Assembly (NCBI RefSeq): GCF_002113885.1
Contig: NW_018408906.1
Span: forward strand, 395,033-459,032
Origin: Mizuhopecten yessoensis
Taxonomy: Eukaryota
Reading direction: 5' to 3'
Length of the DNA: 64,000 nucleotides
The notes below the pieces were generated by a model. The model was not told the origin of the DNA, did no database searches, and was given only the letters and a program-made list of their open reading frames with translations. This document shows positions 52,822 through 64,000 of this stretch, one piece after another (position 1 is the stretch's first letter; each line of letters starts with the position of its first letter). The position numbers and the translations under genes are program-made.

Positions 52822-52898
52822 ATATTGAGATGAAATGCCAGTTTCAAGTTATTGATATAATATATCAGTAACTTGAAACTGGCATTTCATCTCAATAT
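52822..52898. repeat. Near-perfect 77-bp palindrome
   Basis: 38-bp arms, one mismatch, 1-nt spacer. Confidence 0.9.
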
Positions 52899-55321
52899 AA
52901 TATGAGCCATTTCACAAAAAGAAAAACATCAAAACCAACAAAATTTTGCAGACAAATAAACATTGTTTTATTTACAGATATATTTTTTACATATTGAACA
53001 AGATTAAAATAAATTAGCAAGTGTTATAAGCAATGAAGATGGTTGTAATGTTTTTTTCTTTCTTCAAAATAGTCGGCCTGTGTTGTGTGACACACATGTA
53101 TGAAATAAAATACAATTTTGTCACGTCAGGTAAACAATACAAATCGCTCACTCAGTCATATCTTGACAAATAAAGGGACCAGTCGGTTTTGAATCCTTGT
53201 GACAGGTTTGATATGCACATTGTTTTGAGTATAAAGTAAAACTTTGATATTATTGAAAATAGAAAATTAAGCCTTTTAAGTTTCAATAGATATGAACAAC
53301 ATGATTGATCATACCAATGGCGATTTCTTCTGGGTTATTGCAAATAAAGTTGTACAATTATAGCGTTGTGTTTACAAAAGGGACCTATGCATTATACATA
53401 ATTGTGAACAATAAGTAAATATTTTAAGGTACATGCCATTTCAAAAAGACAAGAACAAAGTAAAAAAAAAATCAAATAAAGACTTAAAAGGAGAAATAAC
53501 AACAAAAAACAAAACTCACAAATTGACATGTTCAAAATGAAGAAATACCGGCTTTCCATTTCATGAATCAGACGAATATATATATGGGGTTCATTTGATG
53601 ACTGCTTTGCAAAGACTTATATATATATAAGAACCTATTTCGGGAATCAAAATTGTGGATTAGCTTACAAAATGAATGTTTTATGAGAAACAAGCTTTGG
53701 AAAAACGTAATACTTTAATCATCTTCATCTCAGATTAAGTTGCATTACAGCAATACCATTCCAACACAACATATTGAGCAAATGCATACTAGATTTTTTT
53801 GATTTTTTTTTAAAGTTGTTCTTTAGTAAAAGGCTTAACTTATTTCGGGGGCATGCTAACATTCATGTCCAACTTAATGTGTATGATTTTAGTATACGAA
53901 GGATGAGTGTCTATAAGGCCCTTTTTTGGGCCCCGGTATGTTCAACGATGTCCTATTGTATTACATTCAGAGTAACTAAGGTAAAAGTTTGACCGAAAGT
54001 GGGTTTTTAGGGTACCAAAAAGGGTTAATTACAAAAACAGTTTGCTGTTTTCAAAATGAGCTTAAAAACCAAAATTATACGATTTCGATTTCTGTTTTTG
54101 AAAACATGTGTGAACTAAACAGGCATATATAAAAGAATGTAAAATGGCAGAAATTCAATCGTCACTTAAAGATCGTTTATATAAAACGGAGGATTAAGTC
54201 AGGGGGTTGTTTTAGGTAACTTTCACCTGAAAAGTTTTTGGTTTTCTCAATAATTTCCTTTCAAATTTATATTTTGAGTTGAAATTTACAACTTTACTCA
54301 TTTGAGTACATTTACATAAAATGCGTATTCACTTCACACTTTCCTTTTGTTTTATACTGAGTTATGACTTCTGGACAATTCTCACACTTGGCAATTTCAA
54401 ATAGGTTTCAATCTGAAGTGAATTACAAGGTACAGGACACCCTTTATATGCTATAAGTATAAGAGTTCCAGGTCATTATTTGTTTTTTTCACTTATCAAA
54501 GTTAACTTACAAATAAAAAATAGCATTTGCCACCACAACTACTGTCAAACGATTAATTTATTATATGAAGTTTGATTTGCTGGTAATTTTAAGTCTCCTA
54601 ACCTCGAAGAAAGTGTCTGTTTCAATCGTCCCAGTTACGTTGTAACCCATTTTGTTATTTTACCAATTGTTCTGTCTATTTCCAATAATAAGGGCTGATT
54701 GTACATAAAAGGCATTTCGGGATAAGCATACAACTTGTCATAGATATTAGTTATATGATTATATTCAATTTGTGAAAGTTTCATACTTATCCCACAATGC
54801 CTTTTTACTTCAAAAACACCCTTTCTTGTGTTTTGGAATACAAAGACTAAAGTGCATATCCTTGCCTAACACCAAATATTTCCTTACAATACCAGTCTAT
54901 ATATATAATAATTTGTGAATTGCTTTGAGACAACCTACGAACTAGATTGTGATAAAGCGGTACAAAAGAGCGCAAATTATTATTATTATTCAAATGAATG
55001 ACCTCGTTCAAATGTAAAGGTCACATGTGTCAAATGTGTTAAAAAGTCTTTTTAACGGGCTCTTATGAAAAACTAAGAGTGTTAGATTTTGATATTTGAC
55101 GTGTAGCTTAATTAAGACTATTTTAACAGATTTGACCATGGTTCACTTTTAAGGACACACTGAAATTGGAGACAAATATCCAGTGATGAGTACAGACCTA
55201 TTGAGCCTCTTGTTCAAAAGATTTCCACAAATATTGGAAAATTTCAGGATAAGATGAATTGCCAAATCTTTAACTAGCTATTCTTTTATATGACAAACAT
55301 GTAATTTTTCTTAATGAATGA

Positions 55322-55410
55322 TTAGAAGAGAATGAAAGCCTCGGGACAGGCGATTCCCCTCAAATGTTCAAGTACGACGTATTTCCCATTTACAAACTCC
55401 TCTGCAATAC
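55322..55410 (-). CDS. Temptin-like protein, exon 3
   Basis: TTGTAG acceptor, phase 1. Completes SNP-G-IAEEF...IACPEAFILF* and supplies the 4th mature Cys. Confidence 0.65.
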
Positions 55411-55648
55411 CTACAACATAAAATCAAGTCATCAACTAAAAATAAATGAATTAAAGAAGAAACAAAAAGAATTAGCAAAGGCCTACTTTGAAAAAGGGAC
55501 TTTAAAAAACAGACAACGAAATAAGTTCGAAAAAAAAGTTGACAAAGGCCAACTTTGAAATTGGCTAACAACGTATTTTTTTCCTTATAGGTATATTTTT
55601 TCTTTTGCTTAACTTGAGATCGTCTATGAATTCAGAAAATATATACAA

Positions 55649-56807
55649 AACAAGAGGCCCAATGGGCCTGCATCGCTCACCTGTTATTAATCTAACACTT
55701 GTAATCTTAAGATTTCATAAGAACCTATTAAAAGATTTAAACATATGACGCCTCTGACCTTGATTGTTGAACAAGGACATTAGGTTGAAAGTTGATCAAG
55801 GTCAATCATTTGAACTAACATGGTAGTCCTTCATCCCAGCATGCTACAGGCCCAATTTCAGTACCCTGGCCCTTTTGCNNNNNNNNNNNNNNNNNNNNNN
55901 NNNNNNNNNNNNNNNNNNNNNNNNNNNNNNNNNNNNNNNNNNNNNNNNNNNNNNNNNNNNNNNNNNNNNNNNNNNNNNNNNNNNNNNNNNNNNNNNNNNN
56001 NNNNNNNNNNNNNNNNNNNNNNNNNNNNNNNNNNNNNNNNNNNNNNNNNNNNNNNNNNNNNNNNNNNNNNNNNNNNNNNNNNNNNNNNNNNNNNNNNNNN
56101 NNNNNNNNNNNNNNNNNNNNNNNNNNNNNNNNNNNNNNNNNNNNNNNNNNNNNNNNNNNNNNNNNNNNNNNNNNNNNNNNNNNNNNNNNNNNNNNNNNNN
56201 NNNNNNNNNNNNNNNNNNNNNNNNNNNNNNNNNNNNNNNNNNNNNNNNNNNNNNNNNNNNNNNNNNNNNNNNNNNNNNNNNNNNNNNNNNNNNNNNNNNN
56301 NNNNNNNNNNNNNNNNNNNNNNNNNNNNNNNNNNNNNNNNNNNNNNNNNNNNNNNNNNNNNNNNNNNNNNNNNNNNNNNNNNNNNNNNNNNNNNNNNNNN
56401 NNNNNNNNNNNNNNNNNNNNNNNNNNNNNNNNNNNNNNNNNNNNNNNNNNNNNNNNNNNNNNNNNNNNNNNNNNNNNNNNNNNNNNNNNNNNNNNNNNNN
56501 NNNNNNATCCCAGCATGCTACAGGCCCAATATCAGTACCCTGGGCCATTTGGTTATTGAGAAGAAGTTGTTTGAAGATTTTAAAGACATCTGACACCAGT
56601 GACCTTGAAAGTGGGTCAAGGTCATTCATTTGGAAAACTTGGTAGCCCTTGATCCCAGCATGCTACAGGCCACATATCATCTTCCTAGGCCTTTTGGTTA
56701 TTGAGAAGAAGTTGTTTAAAGCAAAAAGTTGACGGACGGACGGACGGAAGGACGACGGATGCCGCACCATAACATAAGCTCACTTGCCCTTCGGGCAGGT
56801 GAGCTAA
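55649..56807 (-). mobile_element. HINE-type element (reverse orientation, interior largely an N gap)
   Basis: Reverse complement of the termini of 17674-18981, with a (GGAC)n microsatellite. Confidence 0.8.
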
Positions 56808-56966
56808 AAATGAATGCGGCAGAAAGGGGGAACCTTGTCTCGGGCCACGGAGATTCTGAAACTATATCGTAAGTTGCTTCCCTTTCACCGTGTATGTATA
56901 TCTCTCATGAGTTGACAAGGAGACTGTTTAGTGATAAGTATAGCCCGTTTGGAAGCTAATACATTT

Positions 56967-58364
56967 TTAGCTCACCTGGCCCGTCCGTTGTCAACTTTTA
57001 AGTTTAAACATCTTCTTCTCAGTAACCAAAAGGGCTAGGGTAATGATATTGGGCCAGAAGCATGCTGGGATGAAGGGCTACCAAGTTTGTTCAAATAAAT
57101 GGCCTTGATTTATATTCAAGGCAGTTGGGTTCAAATATGTTGAAAATCTTTAAACGACTTCTTCAAAATAACTGAGAGGCCTAGGGCGATGATATATGGC
57201 CAGTAACATGCTTGGATGAAGGGCTACCAAGTTTGTTCAAATAAATGACCTTGATTTATATTCAAGGTCGCTGGGTTCAAATATGTTGAAAATCTTTAAA
57301 CGACTTCTCCTGAATAACTGAGAGGCCTAGGGTGATGATATATGGCCAGTAACATGCTGGGATGACGGGCTACCAAGGTTGAGCAAATAAATGACCTTGA
57401 TTTATATTCAAGGCCACTGGAGTCAAATATGTTTAAAACCTTTAAACGACTTCTTCTGAATAACCAAGAGGCCTAGGGTGATGATATTTGACCAGTAATA
57501 TGCTGGGACGAAGGGCTACCAAGTTTGTTCAAATAAATGACCTTGATTTATATCCTAGGTCACTTGGGTCAAATATGATTAAAACCTTTAAACAACTTCT
57601 TCAAAATAACTGAGAGGCCTAGGGTGATGATATTTGACCAGTAATATGCTGGGACGAAGGGCTACCAAGTTTGTTCAAATAAATGACCTTGATTTATACT
57701 CAAGGTCACTGGAGTCAAATATGTATAAAAACTTTAAACGACTTCTACTGAATAACTGAGAGGCCTAGGGTGATGATATATGGCCAGTAACATGCTGGGA
57801 TGAAGGGCTACCAATTTTGTTCAAATAAATGACCTTGATTTATATTCAAGGTCACTGGAGTCAAATATGTTTAAAACCTTTAAACAACTTCTTCTGAAGA
57901 ACCGAGAGGCATAGGTTGATGATATTTGGCCAGTAACATGCTAGGATGAAGGGCTACCAAGATTGTTCAAATAGATTAACTTGATTTATATTCAAGGTCG
58001 CTGGGGTCAAATATGTTGAAAATCTTTAAACGACTTCTGAATAACTGAGAGGCCTAGGGTGATGATATATGGCCAGTAACATGCTGGGATGAAGGGCTAC
58101 CAAGTTTGTTCAAATAAATGACCTTGATTTATATTCAAGGTCACAGGGGTCAGATATGTTTAGAACCTTTAAACGACTTCTTCTGAATAACCGAGAGGCT
58201 GGGATGAAGGGCTACCAATTTTGTTCAAATGAATGACCTTTGCCCATTTTTTCTGAATTACTTTAAACTTTAAGTCAAGACGCTGATATTTTTAGTCCTC
58301 TTTTAAGGTTACAATTGTGAGATTAATACCAGGTGAGCGATGCAGGCCCATTTGGCCTCTTGTT
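56967..58364 (+). mobile_element. HINE-type element with ~145-bp tandem core repeats
   Basis: TTAGCTCACCTG...CAGGTGAGCGATGCAGGCCCATTTGGCCTCTTGTT, with ~8 core units. Confidence 0.85.
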
Positions 58365-58438
58365 GTATGTAATATAACATAACTATTGCCTCTTCAATTC
58401 TATTACACTGTTTGCTTAAACATGATTTCAAAACTAAC

Positions 58439-58589
58439 CTGGATTACTCGTTGCCTCGGTGAGGAATGTGTGTGTGGTGACGTTATCATGTATCCATTGA
58501 CAATTTGGGTCACCGAGTTCTTCACCGCTCGTTCTGTTGTCCATGTCGGGGTCAAGGTCACAGATAACCGTCCAGTCCAAGGAGAAGTT
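58439..58589 (-). CDS. Temptin-like protein, exon 2
   Basis: NFSLDWTVICDLDPDMDNRTSGEELGDPNCQW matches the temptin CxxDxDxDxxxxGxELGDPxCxW motif. Bounded by CATCTAG and G|GTTAGT. Confidence 0.85.
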
Positions 58590-59552
58590 CTAGATGACCA
58601 TGAGTACAAATCAATCAAAATTCATTCAGATTAATATTTGTTCGCAGAGACATTGATCTGACAATTCAAAACAATGAATTATTTATTATTCATTAATTGA
58701 AATAATATTTTGAAATTATGAAAAAATAAACTTTATTATCGGGGGCGGGAGAAGCTTCAAAATGACGCCAATCCAATTGCTTTCATAGCCCTATGGACGC
58801 AATTTCTTATGGTAAAGCTTAGAGAGTAACTTACAGTGGAAATGTAAATATGTCATATTCTCCATAATCAACGTAGTTAAATTATCACTGTATTCGGAAA
58901 TTATCACTCTCATCTAAATACCGCAAAACGATATTTCAAAAATTTTATTTTTAAAAAATTCGCTCATGATTTACTTTTTCGGGTGTTCACGTCATGTTTT
59001 ATTCATCTCGTTTCAATGTTGGTAATTGAGAAGATACTCTTTATATGCATTAAAAAAATCTTTAAATTAAAAAGACCAGATCCTTAGAAACTTTTAAGGG
59101 AAAATATGCAGATAGATATGCGGCGGACATTTTTTTTATGAATCCTGCTAATTGTGATTTGAATGAACTACGTTATAGCTAAATCCTCAGGGGCCTTGCA
59201 TGCTTATAAATAAAAAGGATATGCTCACGCGGTAAAAAATGAGATAGGCGAACGAGGAAACATTTACAAAAATATCCAATATAAGACGTTAGACTTCATT
59301 CACTTCATACATAACATTCTAGTGTCCATATTTAACATCTTATAAAGTTTTTTTTATTCTTGTTATTTATTTTAGCCATTTAAAAACCATCTTCTTAATA
59401 AATGTTGCAATTAGATGAAGTGTTCATTTTGTTTGCGTGCCAATGAAATACACACAATATATATGCAATAATTTGTAATAGTTGGACGATAGATGTACGG
59501 ACGGACGGACATCACATTACGGACAGTAACATGTACACATGACTACAAATAC

Positions 59553-59741
59553 CTGTCCAAAGGGATTCCTCTCGAAGAAATTCGGCCAATGTCCAATCCT
59601 GAGGAATTTTTCATTAGGTCCGGCCCCGGGACACGTGTAAGGCACGTTCCTACTGTTTGGGACGTAGGGGTAATAGTGTGGATAAGACACAGCAATAGCC
59701 ACAATAACACACCAAATACAAATCTTAGGTAGGGTTGCCAT
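59553..59741 (-). CDS. Temptin-like secreted protein, exon 1 (signal peptide + YP..PN..VP..C..GH..NPFG)
   Basis: MATLPKICIWCVIVAIAVS-YPHYYPYVPNSRNVPYTC...IGH...NPFGQ. CAG|GTATT donor, phase 0. Total 142 aa. Confidence 0.85.
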
Positions 59742-61394
59742 TTCACGCAAAATAAACCACGTCTCTCGTTAGATCGGAAGATACTACGTATTTGCTGAAA
59801 ACCGCTATTATATGATGATCAATTATGATAATGGGACTGAATACTTGGAAATTTTCTTTGATGCATCGTTGCATGTCTCGATTGTTTTGTAAGTATGCTC
59901 AGCTCAATGACATTACAAAATCATATCGTTATTTTTTTAAAGACTTTTTACAATCCTTGCCTTAAGATTATCATTTTTAATTGTTTTATTTCAGATTAAA
60001 ATTTTAAATTTTACAGAATTTTCGAAAATAAACTTATTAAAATGCTTGCTTGTAGTTTTCGTAAAGCTGTACAAATAATATGTCTTAACCTAAAATATTC
60101 ATGTATACATACAGCACAGTAATTGTTTCAAATTATGTTTCATCACTAGAATATTAAGTTCACTTTGACGTACATATTTTGAAGAATAAAAAACCAACAA
60201 CAATGAAATCAATCGTTCATTTCTGCAAGTTCTTACATTTTTAAATGGGTCTCGTGCAGTTATTCTAATTTCACCAATAAATTACTTGGAAGAGAAACAA
60301 CTGCAAACAATATACTCCAAACATCTTAAAAAATATTCATCAGTTTGGATATATTTGAATTTCACGAGAGAGTAAATTTTGCGTTAGGAGACTTATTCGC
60401 TGGGGCGTTGGGGATTTTGCACGGTATTAACCTTAAAATACGAAAACGTCCAATAAATAACTTTTCCCTTCACAACAAGAAAGGTATCAGAATACAAACT
60501 TGTTTCGATTCTCAAACCCCATAGATCTGCTGTATCCGTCGCACTTTGTTAAAATTGTGTTGTTTTTGTTTTGTAAAACTGAACATCTTTCAGGTTACCC
60601 TAACCCAGGTGTTCTAGACTTGTTCATCACTTTATCAAACTCAGTGATACATTTTAATTATGATAAATTACTTACATGTATGGACCTAGCGGTACATTTG
60701 TAGTATAATATTAAGACCCGTTCACCTAAGGTCGAGATATTCGCCGGAGGGCGATTGTGTATTGTACGTAAGATTTTTTTTTTAAATCACAAATTCATTC
60801 TGAGTCATTGTCATGCCTTCTGTAAAACGAATCAACAAATAAGTGTGATACATTTCAACAACTACAAAAGTATATTTTGGATTTAGTTGAGCGGCCTTTT
60901 GATTGATGATGTAATATGTTATTGTGCGGATCGTTTGGTTTGGTTTAGTATTGTTTAACGTCCTATCAACAGCTATGGTCATATTTAAGGACGGCGTAAC
61001 AGAGTTTTGGGATGGGCGGTAAATCTAAGAAATATTGATGACCGCCCATCCAATCTAATCAAAATTGGACTTGTAATATCGCAACACTACCGATGCACTC
61101 CAAATATGTCGATATAGTAAAGGGCGATAACTCGCAAATATTTAAGAGAAGCTACTGTCACGTGATCACGGTGAGTTAAAGTAATCAGGAATAACGTTAC
61201 AAAAAGGAGATAATAATAATTAATGCATCAATTTTCAAGGTCATAATCTAAATATCATTGAATGGTGGGAGGGTGGTTGAGTAAAATCATAATAATGCGT
61301 AATTCTTTCGTAATATTTTGGCAATTTTTGGAATGAGTATTATAAGACGTTATAAAGGTTTTGATCTACGACCATAACAAACCCAACTGTTTGC

Positions 61395-61690
61395 CCAGGT
61401 GAGGAAGGCAATGGGTTCTGTTCCCAGGCCGGGACAAACCAAAGTTCTTATATATGGTAGTTGTTATTTCCTGCTTAACACTCAATATTTAGGGAAATGG
61501 CAACAACTGGTTCAGTATAATATGACCGGATGGACTACTTTGCTGGGTGCCTTGCCTTCTGCATGGTATTTCAGTGATGTACATGTAGCAATCTTCAGTC
61601 GGCATCAGATCCGCGCTATCACAGGGAGGTATATACCCCCACACACCCTAAATGACTAAAGCTGTTTTACATGTATAAAACCAAACCAAA
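61395..61690 (+). mobile_element. Degenerate tRNA-derived SINE with CCAAA tail
   Basis: B-box remnant GGGTTCTGTTCCCAGGCCGG and tail AAACCAAACCAAA. Confidence 0.45.
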
Positions 61691-63574
61691 TTTAATGATG
61701 CAGCCCCTTGCATTTGAAACGCAGATATTTGTTTTATCGTTTGTCACTGTTTTCTGGTCCGTTTACTACTATGTCCTGTTAGGTTAAGATCACTTAAACA
61801 TTCAACACTCTACCACTTCACTGTACTGGATGCCAAAGAAAATACAACAAAGTTTTCGCACGTTAAATCTGCAACTTAATGTTAAGAACCATTGGTTTTT
61901 AAGTCAATTGTTCTTTACATGCAATATCATTGTAATATATTCTATCATTTCTTTGCCATTGGTGGTTTTGTTATACTTATTCCCTTTCGCCTTTGAATTT
62001 TGATATTCACCTTTCACCAATAAAATATTTGTTTTGATTTAAGAACCTAATTTTAATTCCGCCAATTGAGAGAGAAATATATACACAAGCACCGGTAAAC
62101 GTCGTTGTGAGAATTTTGGCCCCCTCTCCCCCTCCCCCTCTTCCCCCTTGGACGGAAAATAGAGCGAGTGTCAGATTTCGTGGTGAATACTGATAGTTGA
62201 ATACAATGAATACAAGATAGTAAAAGACACTGTGCGTTGATTCATGTTTTATTAATTATTATATACAGTGATATATATGCCGAGTCAAATATCTATTTAC
62301 AGCTCATTATTCAACCTGCTGCACGTACAATTCCACACATGATTTCGGAAACTGCTCACTAGCTGACTCATTTGCTAGATGACTCACTCACTCGCTGACA
62401 GACTGACTCACACACTCACTCGCTGACAGACTGACTCACACACTCACTAACATACTCACTCAATTATGTTTTTGTATGAGACAATTGGATTACCTCCCCT
62501 TGTCAACCCTGGGTAGTGAATGATATTACACATACACCGCTATAAATAAATAAATACACATTAATATATATAAATGTATCTAAATATACAAATATTACTT
62601 AATAAAAAAAATGTGTATGTTGCTTATAGATATACTTTCTGTGACTACAATATCAATGGCATACAGTTTTGGTAGCGCTGTATGCTTTTTTTTTTTACTA
62701 TTTCTACTGATCCTATGATAAATGCATCGTTATGTTAAGGGACGTCATGTTGTGTTATGTGACGTCATATATTCAGACGCCGATCAATAGAAAAAACCTT
62801 ATCCTGTCATTTTCGCCTTGAAATAATAATGTAACTTATAGTAAAGTAAAAATTTATAATAAATAGAATATCGAATACAAAGAATACGTCAATGCGTTAA
62901 TTCTTTTTCATGCATACACCATTCATACTTAAAAATCAAACACATACAGCCATACGCACAATATGTATGTTTCATGCTGTTTGAGCAAATTTGAAAAAAA
63001 AGACAGATTGGTAAAATAATTACATATTATGAAAAAAAATGTTGATATCGAAAAGGATAATTTAGTTAAGGCTCTATGGTACCTTGCAAAGATATCAATC
63101 TCCTTTTTCAAAAGAACTCTAAACCAAGTAAATATGTTTAATGATCGTAATTTCGACTTCGGAAATAAAATGCCACACAGGAATATACATTGGCAACAAC
63201 CAAATAATTTTTAATTATAAAAAAAACCCGATAGAATGGTTCATATTCCGTAATTGATTTACTCTCCGCTAGGTTTCGCTTCGAAAATAGTATCAAATAA
63301 TGCAAAATGGTACAAAGGCAGAAAACCGATTATAATGTTAAATATGGGAAGTAACTCTACCACAAAAAACATTCATAGATAATGTAAAATATAGAGAGAC
63401 AAAAAGATGGTAACATGAACCCAACATAATGTCTGGTTTGGCTAAAAAATATAATAAATAAGACACGCAATCAATCACAGGAAACATTCATGAACGGAGC
63501 AATAATTCTTTTGCAGTCAAACTATCAACATTTTCTCAATTTTGACTGGAATTCCTTTATTTGGAACTGTAGAA

Positions 63575-63665
63575 CTTCCGTGAAGGTTCACTAAGGATAT
63601 CCATACAGTGCATGTTTGGGTTAATCCAACATGGCCGCGTCATATATGCTTGAATGATGGTAAGT
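63575..63665 (+). promoter_or_regulatory. Possible promoter/first exon of a downstream gene
   Basis: ETS-like ACTTCCG, YY1-like CAACATGGCCGC and a strong donor G|GTAAGT at 63660. Confidence 0.35.
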
Positions 63666-64000
63666 ACCACACAAGTTCTCTGGCGATATTTTATGCTGTT
63701 GATTTTATATTCAGTCGTTGTACTATTGGTTCATTGGTTCATTGCAGGTGACACCGTTGTAAGCGTTTAGTCGCTTCTCAAGGTGCTTCTTAATACTGTC
63801 CTCTTCACTTCCGGTTGCATTTGGAGGCATTTGAAGAGGACTTTATTTCTCAAAAACTAGTGAAAATTATGTACATGTGCAGTGGGTGGTAACAAAAATT
63901 GCATCCTGATTTATATAAAATAGGGGTTTTCAGTTATAAAATAGGACCAACAGGCCTGTATAGATCACAAGTCTCAAAAAAATAATTAGAGAGTTGTTTC

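Noticed and set aside
55815-56645. Long ORFs of X residues
   Set aside because: They span an assembly N gap.

Overview
AT-rich, intron-containing, repeat-rich animal DNA, most likely from a bivalve mollusc (inferred from the temptin-like gene, HINE-type elements and SINEs). Splice-aware reading gives three host genes. (1) A minus-strand, 8-coding-exon ZNFX1-derived gene (~919 aa, ATG at 37851, stop at 30747). Its whole SF1 helicase is deleted in frame. The ZNFX1 C-terminus is replaced by an eIF4E-binding-like (4E-BP-type) exon, 3-4 tandem symmetric repeat exons and an A20-like zinc finger. (2) ECSIT (+, 4 coding exons, 459 aa), head-to-head with it. (3) A 3-exon temptin-like secreted protein (-, 142 aa). 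The 5' region of the ZNFX1-like gene is duplicated at 1-10775 vs ~35474-43676, including its ATG exon, intronic satellite, ISRE-like motif and the probable ECSIT first exon. This implies a second paralogue running off the left edge, or an uncollapsed haplotype. Mobile and repetitive DNA includes a full-length frameshifted FLYWCH-MULE transposon with TIRs/TSD, a Penelope fragment with inverted hammerhead-bearing repeats, a tRNA-in-LTR TRIM plus solo LTRs, three HINE-type elements, MITEs, SINE/L2 remnants and three minisatellite families (four arrays). Most short ORFs in the track are artefacts of these repeats.
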